From an uncultured Bacilli bacterium (GTDB lineage Bacteria; Bacillota_I; Bacilli_A; RF39; UBA660), in contig CALVOU010000002.1 of NCBI GenBank assembly GCA_944350365.1, forward strand, positions 7,290 to 71,289: a stretch of DNA of 64,000 nucleotides, written 5' to 3'. The notes under the pieces are model-generated. The model saw nothing but the letters and a program-made list of their open reading frames with translations, was not told where the DNA came from and searched no databases. Below, one piece after another: positions 8,519 to 15,758 of this stretch (its first letter is position 1; the number at the start of each line of letters is the position of its first letter). Both the position numbers and the translations under genes were made by a program.

Positions 8519-9508
8519 CTAATGATTATGTAAATATAATACGAATTCTTTAGCTTTCTCTTGAAGACTATCTGGTAAATAAGTTTTCGCTAGTAAAAAG
8601 TCACAAAACCATTCTTTCCGCCAAGTAAGTAGTTGTTTAAATAAAGTTAGTTTTTCTTTTTGATAGTTAGGCTCTATTTGTTCAATATACTGCATAAATA
8701 AATCGTTAAAAGGATTGATATGATTATCCATCCATGGTTTAATTCCAGCTAATCCATAAGAATGAATAATTTTAGGATCTTTTCTTGCTTCTATTGTCTC
8801 TTCTAAAGTAATTTTTCTTTTGTTAGGATTATAAAAGAGTTTTTCTTTTTTTGAGCTGAAAATATAAGAAAAAGGAGAAAGATTATAGGATAATGGTAAC
8901 CATTCTGTTTGATTATTCAAAACACAATTTAAAATATCTTGATCTGGATAAGTTAACGGAATATTCTTGTTTTTCTGGATGAAATTAATGATTTTTGTTT
9001 GATAATCCATCTTTTTCCAAGTATCTAGATGGATGTACATAACCCCGGAATTAAAATAATCTTGAAGATGATTTAAGTTATTATAATAGGAATTAGTAGT
9101 TTCATCTCTTACTACGTATATTCCTTCTGTATATTGCTCTAGAGAAGTTAAGTCTCCAACAATAATTGTATCCGCATCTAAATAAAGAAGATAATCAATC
9201 GTATCCAAACTAGATTTCATAATTTCTTGAAAAAATAATCTTGAATTAGCTACCTGAGTACCATGCCAAAAGGGTATTCCATATTGGGATAAATTAAATT
9301 CATCAATGGGATATAGATGAAAGGTGGCTTGAGGATATTGGCTGAAAAAACGCTCTATTTTTTGATAATCAGCATCAGAAAAATTCTCTATCATAATATG
9401 AAAATGCAAAGTTAAGATTTTAGCGTTTTCTATCAAAGAAAGAATAGAGGCTAAGGTAATTGTCAAGTAATTAGAATTAGTGGCATATAAAATGTTTAGT
9501 TCCCTCAT
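8519..9508 (-). CDS. Glycosyltransferase family 8 protein (GspA-like), paralog 1
   Basis: It has the DXD motif LYLDADTIIVGD and GT8 blocks (NSRLFFQEI, YYNSGVMYI, QYPDQDILNCVLN, HSYGLAGIKPWM). It is about 55% identical to the ORF at 13071-14057 in inverted orientation. Confidence 0.75.
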   Translation of the reverse strand: MRELNILYATNSNYLTITLASILSLIENAKILTLHFHIMIENFSDADYQKIERFFSQYPQATFHLYPIDEFNLSQYGIPFWHGTQVANSRLFFQEIMKSSLDTIDYLLYLDADTIIVGDLTSLEQYTEGIYVVRDETTNSYYNNLNHLQDYFNSGVMYIHLDTWKKMDYQTKIINFIQKNKNIPLTYPDQDILNCVLNNQTEWLPLSYNLSPFSYIFSSKKEKLFYNPNKRKITLEETIEARKDPKIIHSYGLAGIKPWMDNHINPFNDLFMQYIEQIEPNYQKEKLTLFKQLLTWRKEWFCDFLLAKTYLPDSLQEKAKEFVLYLHNH

Positions 9509-9839
9509 CTTTTAACCTTCCTTTTGCCAAAAATATTTTAATGAAAGGATAAATAAGAGAAAGTCTTATTCTCTTCTCCTATATCAGTTTTAAATATTAG
9601 GTTATAATCTATTTATTCCATTATATATCAACTTATGAATAATTAGAAAGAGATAAAGAAGAAAACTAACCTATTAAACAGGACATAATAGAATGATTTT
9701 TAAGTAAACATGTGTCAATGACAGAGATAGATCATAAATCTAATTGCTTATCCTTGTTTTATCTATTATAGTTAAAGTAAAGATGTATGTAAAAACACGA
9801 AAAGAATAATAGAAAAAATAACTGGTAAAGGAGAAAAAA

Positions 9840-10205
9840 ATGTTAGAGTATGTTTTATTAGAAGGAGAAGAAATAAAACTTTTATCGGATAAGTCATTAT
9901 TAAAGGTAGAAAACAAAGAAATCCCAATCACTACTTTAATTACGAATAAAAGAATGATGTTGTTTGATTATCCAAAAGATGAGGAATCTTTTCGGTCTGG
10001 ACCTCAAATTAATCCTATAGTGAGAATGAAGAAAGAAATTATATTTGAAACTCCATTATCTGAAATTGAAAAAATAGAGGATACAGATAAGGGAAGTAAA
10101 TATATTTTAAAAAATGGAAACTATTTTTACTTAACAGATAACAAAGTTACGTCATATATTCATTCTTATATGATGAATGTAGAAAATAATGAAGAAAGTA
10201 AATAA
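9840..10205 (+). CDS. Hypothetical small protein (121 aa)
   Basis: ORF with an AAAGGAG RBS. No motif was recognised. Confidence 0.4.
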   Translation: MLEYVLLEGEEIKLLSDKSLLKVENKEIPITTLITNKRMMLFDYPKDEESFRSGPQINPIVRMKKEIIFETPLSEIEKIEDTDKGSKYILKNGNYFYLTDNKVTSYIHSYMMNVENNEESK

Positions 10206-10285
10206 TCTTTTCATCAATTTAGCCAGGAAATATTTACTTATACTAAAAGGAACAATTTAACACTTAGTATAGATAGAGGTAGTAT

Positions 10286-10735
10286 ATGAAAAAAAGAAAT
10301 TGGTATCTAATAGGAGTAATGGGGTTACTAATAGTAATTGCGCTGTTTTTAGTAATAAAAATAATTTTAAATGTTGTAGGTTACGATTTTCTAGGATGGG
10401 TATACTATGCCTTGCTCTTTCTTGTCAATATTTTTCTCATTACCTATTCACTGATCTATATAAATAAAAAACAAGGAAAGATAGATGGCCTCATAATTAG
10501 TATTTTCTTACTTATTATAGAAATCCCTATTTGCCTTGTTGTTTCTTCCCTAATCAGTATAGTCTTCAATTTCCATCATGAAGAAATAATTATCATAAAC
10601 AGTGAAAAGTACATAAAAAGCTATGATGCGTTTGAACTACATTCCAAGCCAGATTATTATGAATATATTAATCCCTTTATTAGAAAACAAGAGAAATTGG
10701 TTTATGACTTAGAAATGGATCAAAATATTCAGTAA
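10286..10735 (+). CDS. Hypothetical membrane protein (149 aa, 3 predicted TM segments)
   Basis: Hydrophobic N-terminal two thirds, with a GAGGTAG RBS. Confidence 0.45.
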   Translation: MKKRNWYLIGVMGLLIVIALFLVIKIILNVVGYDFLGWVYYALLFLVNIFLITYSLIYINKKQGKIDGLIISIFLLIIEIPICLVVSSLISIVFNFHHEEIIIINSEKYIKSYDAFELHSKPDYYEYINPFIRKQEKLVYDLEMDQNIQ

Positions 10736-10828
10736 AAAAATCGTTCTAACTATAAAAAAAATAATGAATGAATTTACAAAAATATGGATTCGTTTCTATA
10801 AATAGTTAAGAAATAAAAAATAAATAAA

Positions 10829-10866
10829 CATAACTTTTGCTATACGAAGTTATGTCTTTTTGTTTC
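10829..10866 (+). terminator. Hairpin terminator (CATAACTT-10 nt-AAGTTATG then T-rich); sequence coincides with 23/34 nt of loxP
   Basis: An 8-bp perfect stem with the loop ttgctatacg, followed by TCTTTTTGTTT. The 16-mer TGCTATACGAAGTTAT is identical to the right side of loxP. Confidence 0.45.
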
Positions 10867-11086
10867 TTGTAGGAATTAAATTGTAGCAAAGAAATATGAA
10901 CTCTGCTCTATTGTACAAAAAATAAAAAGATGATAGAATATTCCGTGAAATTAAAGTTAAGTATTATTTTCTTTTTATTTCAAAATCAAAATTAGTAACT
11001 TTTACTCACATAAGCTTGATGTTGAACTGTTTTTTAAAGAAGTGTTACACGAATTTTTTTATAAAATTTACAAAAAGGTGATATAT

Positions 11087-13051
11087 ATGTTCAATTTAGT
11101 ATCAAAATTTAAACCAAGTGGTGATCAACCAGAAGCGATTAAAGAGTTAGTCGCAGGAATAAAAGAAGGAAAGAAAAACCAAGTTCTATTAGGGGCAACC
11201 GGTACAGGTAAGACTTTTACGATGGCGAATGTAATTCAAGAAGTAGATAAGCCAACTCTAATTTTAGCTCATAATAAAACATTAGCGGGGCAACTATACT
11301 CTGAGTTTAAAGAACTATTCCCTGAAAATCGAGTAGAGTATTTTGTTTCCTACTATGACTATTATCAGCCAGAAGCCTATGTTCCTTCTACAGATACCTA
11401 TATTGAAAAGGATTCTTCCATCAACGATGAAATTGATGAGTTGCGTCATTCTGCTACCAGTGCATTACTTTCTAGACGAGATGTTATTGTTGTTGCGAGT
11501 GTTTCTTGTATCTATGGTATTGGTGAAGTTGAAGAGTACTTAAAGAAAATGTTAACCATTAATGTAGGAGATATTATCAGTAGAAATCAAATTCTAGCTA
11601 AACTAGTAGAAATGATGTATGAAAGAAATGACTTCGATTTTAAACGTGGAACTTTTCGAGTTAAAGGGGACACTCTAGAAATCATCCCAGCTTATCAAAG
11701 TACCAAAGGAATTAGAATTGAATTCTTCGATGATGAAGTAGACAGAATCAGTGAAATTGATATTTTAACTGGAGCAATTATTCAAAATAAGAAAACGATC
11801 AGTATTTTCCCAGCTAGCCACTTCGTAACAAGTGATGATAAACTACATGAAGCAATCCGTAGAATCAAAGAAGAACTCGCCGTTCGTTTGAAGGAATTAA
11901 AAGACAACAACAAGTTACTTGCAGCCGAACGATTGGAGCAAAGAACGAACTACGATATTGAAATGCTAGAAGAAACTGGTTTCTGTCATGGCATAGAAAA
12001 TTATTCCCGTCATATGTCTCTAAGAGGAGAAGGGGAGACACCTACTACATTAATTGATTTCTTCCCTGATGATTTTCTTTTAATCGTCGACGAATCTCAT
12101 GTGACCCTTCCTCAAGTACGTGGTATGTATAATGGTGACCGAGCTCGTAAAATGAATTTAGTAGAGTATGGCTTTAGGTTGCCTAGTGCCTTAGATAATC
12201 GACCATTAAAATTCGATGAGTTTGAACATAAATTAAATCAGGCTATCTATGTATCCGCTACACCTGGTGACTATGAATTAGGTTTGACTGGCGGTAAGTT
12301 CATTGAACAAATTATTCGTCCAACTGGATTATTAGATCCGACAATTGAAATCCGTAAAACAGAAGGGCAAATCGATGATTTAATTGCCGAGATTAAAGAA
12401 CGGATAGCTAAGAACGAAAGAACCTTAATTACGACACTGACTATTCGTATGGCTGAAGAATTAACCAACTATTTAAAAGAAACCGATATTAAAGTCGCTT
12501 ATTTACATAGTGAAGTTAAAACGCTAGAGAGAATGCGGATTATTCGTGATCTTCGTCTTGGAAAATACGATTGTATTGTCGGAATTAACCTACTAAGAGA
12601 AGGAATCGATATCCCAGAAGTAAGTTTAATTGCCATATTAGATGCGGATAAAGAAGGTTTCTTGAGAAGTGAACGGAGTTTAATCCAAACCATTGGACGT
12701 TGTGCGAGAAATGCTGAAGGCCACTGTATCATGTATGCCGATAAAATCACGGATAGTATGAGAAATGCGATCGATGAAACAAAACGTCGTCGAGAAATTC
12801 AAGAAGCATATAACCGTGAACATGGTATTGTTCCTAAAACAATTCAAAAAGAAATTCGTGAATTAATCAGTAACGTCGATGAAACCAAGGAAACAAAAGG
12901 AAAGAAAGCCCAGAAAGTCGATAAGAAAGAGTTACTTAAGACAATTCAAAATATTGAAGAGGAAATGAAGAAAGCTGCTCGTGACCTTGACTTCGAAAGA
13001 GCGATGGAACTACGTGATATTTTATTCGAAATGAAAGCAGAAAATGAATAG
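11087..13051 (+). CDS. uvrB: Excinuclease ABC subunit B
   Basis: Walker A GATGTGKT, helicase motifs and the C-terminal UVR domain ([16 protein letters not shown]). The start was moved to the ATG at 11087, which has an AAAGGTG RBS. Confidence 0.95.
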   Translation: MFNLVSKFKPSGDQPEAIKELVAGIKEGKKNQVLLGATGTGKTFTMANVIQEVDKPTLILAHNKTLAGQLYSEFKELFPENRVEYFVSYYDYYQPEAYVPSTDTYIEKDSSINDEIDELRHSATSALLSRRDVIVVASVSCIYGIGEVEEYLKKMLTINVGDIISRNQILAKLVEMMYERNDFDFKRGTFRVKGDTLEIIPAYQSTKGIRIEFFDDEVDRISEIDILTGAIIQNKKTISIFPASHFVTSDDKLHEAIRRIKEELAVRLKELKDNNKLLAAERLEQRTNYDIEMLEETGFCHGIENYSRHMSLRGEGETPTTLIDFFPDDFLLIVDESHVTLPQVRGMYNGDRARKMNLVEYGFRLPSALDNRPLKFDEFEHKLNQAIYVSATPGDYELGLTGGKFIEQIIRPTGLLDPTIEIRKTEGQIDDLIAEIKERIAKNERTLITTLTIRMAEELTNYLKETDIKVAYLHSEVKTLERMRIIRDLRLGKYDCIVGINLLREGIDIPEVSLIAILDADKEGFLRSERSLIQTIGRCARNAEGHCIMYADKITDSMRNAIDETKRRREIQEAYNREHGIVPKTIQKEIRELISNVDETKETKGKKAQKVDKKELLKTIQNIEEEMKKAARDLDFERAMELRDILFEMKAENE

Positions 13052-13070
13052 AAAATAAGGTGATAACCAC

Positions 13071-14057
13071 TTGAAAACATCTCATATTTTATACGCAACA
13101 GATAAAAATTACTTAGAAATTACCTTAGCTTCTATTTTATCTCTATTAGAAAATGCTCAGTTAGAAGAACCTATCCTTCATTTGATTACTGAAAAATTAG
13201 AAGATGATGACTATCAGAAAATAGAAAAAGTAATGCATGCTTATCCCCAGATAAAATATTATATTTATCCACTGGAAGATTATCACATCGAAAAATACCG
13301 TATTCCTGAATGGAAAGGTAGTCAGGTTGCTAATTCTAGGTTGTTTTTCCAAGAAATATTAGCCGAGCAACTTTCTGAAATCGATAATTTATTATACTTA
13401 GACTCCGACACGATTGTTGTTGATCAATTAAATACTCTTTTTTCTCTCCCCGAACATCTAGTCTATGCTAGCAGGGACGAACTAGAAAAGAAATATTATA
13501 AACATCTAAATATTCCGACCTACTATAATTCAGGAGTCTTATATATCAACAAAGAAGCTTGGGTAAAAGAGAACTGCCAACAACAAATCATTGACTTTAT
13601 TAGAACTCACTCTGATTTAAAACTCCAATATCCTGATCAAGATACTTTAAATTGTGTATTAAACGAAAAAATAGAAGAGCTTCCCCTTTCTTATAATCTA
13701 CCTCCCTATGTATTTGGGTTAAATACTCCTCATAGAAAGTTATATTGTTTAAAGAAAGGAATTGCTTATCCAGAAACTTGTAAAGCTCGAGAAAATCCTA
13801 AGATTTTACACAGTTATGGGTTATTTGGAATTAAACCCTGGATGAAGAATAATGTAAATCCCTATAATCAACTATTTAGAAAATATGTATTCCAAGTAGA
13901 TAATAACTTCGAGTTACTTGATGCGCCAGCTCATATTCCGCTAATCAATTCCCGGGATAAATTTTATCAGATGCTTTTAGCTAGAGCGTATATGCCAGAT
14001 GCTTGGCATCAACCATTAAAGAAAATAATTACGAAAGTACGAATTAAAAATAAATAA
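13071..14057 (+). CDS. Glycosyltransferase family 8 protein (GspA-like), paralog 2
   Basis: TTG start after AAGGTGATA. It has the DXD motif LYLDSDTIVVDQ and the same conserved blocks as the 8519-9508 paralog. A terminator-like hairpin lies at about 14143-14176. Confidence 0.75.
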   Translation: MKTSHILYATDKNYLEITLASILSLLENAQLEEPILHLITEKLEDDDYQKIEKVMHAYPQIKYYIYPLEDYHIEKYRIPEWKGSQVANSRLFFQEILAEQLSEIDNLLYLDSDTIVVDQLNTLFSLPEHLVYASRDELEKKYYKHLNIPTYYNSGVLYINKEAWVKENCQQQIIDFIRTHSDLKLQYPDQDTLNCVLNEKIEELPLSYNLPPYVFGLNTPHRKLYCLKKGIAYPETCKARENPKILHSYGLFGIKPWMKNNVNPYNQLFRKYVFQVDNNFELLDAPAHIPLINSRDKFYQMLLARAYMPDAWHQPLKKIITKVRIKNK

Positions 14058-14214
14058 TAGATATCTAATAAAGAATTCAAAACCAATGAAAAGACTAGAA
14101 ATAGAAATTTTCATGAAAGAACGAGGAAAATTCTAAAAGACAAAGTAGATTCAAAAATGAGTCTACTTTTTGATATTTAGAAAATTCTGTTGAAAGAGTC
14201 ATGGCTAACTTAAC

Positions 14215-14228
14215 TTTTGTCGACAAAA
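14215..14228. promoter_or_regulatory. Perfect 14-bp palindrome TTTTGTCGACAAAA upstream of the radical SAM gene (candidate operator, 0A-box-like half sites)
   Basis: Seen directly. It lies about 50 bp upstream of the TTATAAT -10 element at about 14276-14282. Confidence 0.4.
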
Positions 14229-14329
14229 AGATAGGAAATAAAGTAAGAAAAAACTTTTCATAAGAGAAAAATTTCGTTATAATGTCTAATAGACACCTTT
14301 TTAAGGATAGAAAGAAGTAAGTAATCAAT

Positions 14330-15172
14330 ATGAAAAAATTTAAACGGGTATATATTGAAATTTCTAATATTTGCAATTTATCCTGTAGTTTTTGTTCTGT
14401 GAGTAACCGTCCCAAAAGAAGTATGAGTGTCGGTGAGTTTGAAAAAGTATTGAAAAAATTAGATCCATATACGGATTATGTGTATCTACATATTAAAGGG
14501 GAGCCCCTTCTTCATCCCAAGTTAGAAAAGATTCTAGATGTCTGTCGTAAATATAAAAAACAAGTGAATATCACAACGAATGGCGTTCTCTTAAAAGAAA
14601 AAGCGAAAATTTTATTAGATAGTGGCGTAGTTAGACAAATCAATATTTCTCTTCATTCAGAGAATCATAAAGAAAAGTACTTAAAAGATATTTTTGAAGC
14701 AGTAGAGCTTTTGTCTTCTCATATGCATATTGTTTATCGCTTATGGACACTAAATGACTTTAGTTTTGATGCCAAATCCACAAGAACAGTGAATAAAATT
14801 ATGGAGTATTATCACTTATCCATAGGAACAGTGGAAAAAATATATACGGACATGAATATTGAAATCGATAAAAATATATATATTAATAAAGCTAATCAAT
14901 TTATCTGGCCAGATGTGGAGAATCGTTATTGTGAAAGTAAAGGGTACTGTCATGCGTTAAAAGATCATATCGGCATCTTATCTGATGGAACAGTAGTTCC
15001 TTGTTGTTTAGATGGAGAGGGAATAATTAATCTAGGAAATATTTTGACAATGAATATTGACCGTATATTAGAAAATCCTAAAATAGAGGCTATGCGCAAA
15101 GGTTTTGAAAATAGGCAAGTAGCGGAAGAACTATGTAGACATTGTAACTTCAAAGAACAATTTAATCGTTAG
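14330..15172 (+). CDS. Radical SAM enzyme with C-terminal SPASM/twitch-like Cys cluster (280 aa)
   Basis: CX3CX2C motif ISNICNLSCSFCS near the N-terminus. C-terminal cysteines are in GYCHAL...VVPCCLDGEGIINLGNI...CRHCNF. Confidence 0.8.
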   Translation: MKKFKRVYIEISNICNLSCSFCSVSNRPKRSMSVGEFEKVLKKLDPYTDYVYLHIKGEPLLHPKLEKILDVCRKYKKQVNITTNGVLLKEKAKILLDSGVVRQINISLHSENHKEKYLKDIFEAVELLSSHMHIVYRLWTLNDFSFDAKSTRTVNKIMEYYHLSIGTVEKIYTDMNIEIDKNIYINKANQFIWPDVENRYCESKGYCHALKDHIGILSDGTVVPCCLDGEGIINLGNILTMNIDRILENPKIEAMRKGFENRQVAEELCRHCNFKEQFNR

Positions 15173-15225
15173 AAAAAAATAGACTTTTTGATAGGAATAT
15201 ACAAGGGAAAATAATAAAAAAATAA

Positions 15226-15254
15226 TTGACAAAAAGCCAAAAATACGATACAAT
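15226..15254 (+). promoter_or_regulatory. Sigma-A-type promoter TTGACA-17-TACAAT for the 106-aa gene
   Basis: Consensus -35 with a 17-nt spacer; -10 TACAAT lies 45 nt upstream of ATG 15299. Confidence 0.45.
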
Positions 15255-15298
15255 ATCTCTCCTATGTTGAAATAGGGTCAGTAAAGGGGAGAAAAAAT

Positions 15299-15619
15299 AT
15301 GAAAAATTTAAGATACGATACTGCCAAAATATTCTTAGGGTTTGCGGAAACACTAAATCCAAATGCAGGAATCAATGAAAATCAAACGCCCCCTAAGGTA
15401 GTAGTACTACACAAAGATGGAGTTAATCAAAAACCAATCAAAGAGTATGAGTACCATTATTGTAAAAAAATTGTGCCAATCGCAAGTTATATGGATCCAA
15501 AGGAGATCAGTTGGCATATTACGACAAACAAGATCAATGAAATTATCGCTAGAACAGGTATTGAAGAAGCTAATGTAATTGATACCGACAATGCTAAAGT
15601 ATTAAAGAGGGTTGCTTAA
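15299..15619 (+). CDS. Hypothetical 106-aa protein downstream of the radical SAM gene
   Basis: It has its own promoter, an RBS AAGGGGAG and a following terminator. No motif was recognised. Confidence 0.5.
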   Translation: MKNLRYDTAKIFLGFAETLNPNAGINENQTPPKVVVLHKDGVNQKPIKEYEYHYCKKIVPIASYMDPKEISWHITTNKINEIIARTGIEEANVIDTDNAKVLKRVA

Positions 15620-15641
15620 ACACAGAAATGTGTTTTTTTTA
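15620..15641 (+). terminator. Intrinsic terminator ACACA-gaaa-TGTGT followed by T8
   Basis: Seen directly after stop 15617-15619. Confidence 0.45.
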
Positions 15642-15653
15642 CGCCAAAAATTA

Positions 15654-15682
15654 TTGACGAACATTTGTTTAAGTAATATAAT
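15654..15682 (+). promoter_or_regulatory. uvrA promoter TTGACG-17-TATAAT with an embedded Cheo/LexA-box-like CGAACATTTGTTTA
   Basis: -35 at 15654-15659 and -10 at 15677-15682. The candidate SOS box at 15658-15671 matches CGAACNNNNGTTYG at 11 of 14 positions. Confidence 0.45.
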
Positions 15683-15758
15683 AGGACTGAATAAAAAAAC
15701 ATGAGTTTTTAAAAAAGTGTGATATAATAAGAAAACGAAAAAAGGAGGAGAGTAGTTT

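Noticed and set aside
10736-11086. Searched the uvrB upstream region for a Cheo/LexA box
   Set aside because: Only weak GAAC-N4 matches without the GTTC partner were found (e.g. GAACTGTTTTTT). These are not reported as a site.
14095-14415. 106-aa minus-strand ORF across the radical SAM promoter region
   Set aside because: It overlaps the terminator, promoter, palindrome and 5' end of the radical SAM gene. It has no RBS and its translation is hydrophobic low-complexity.
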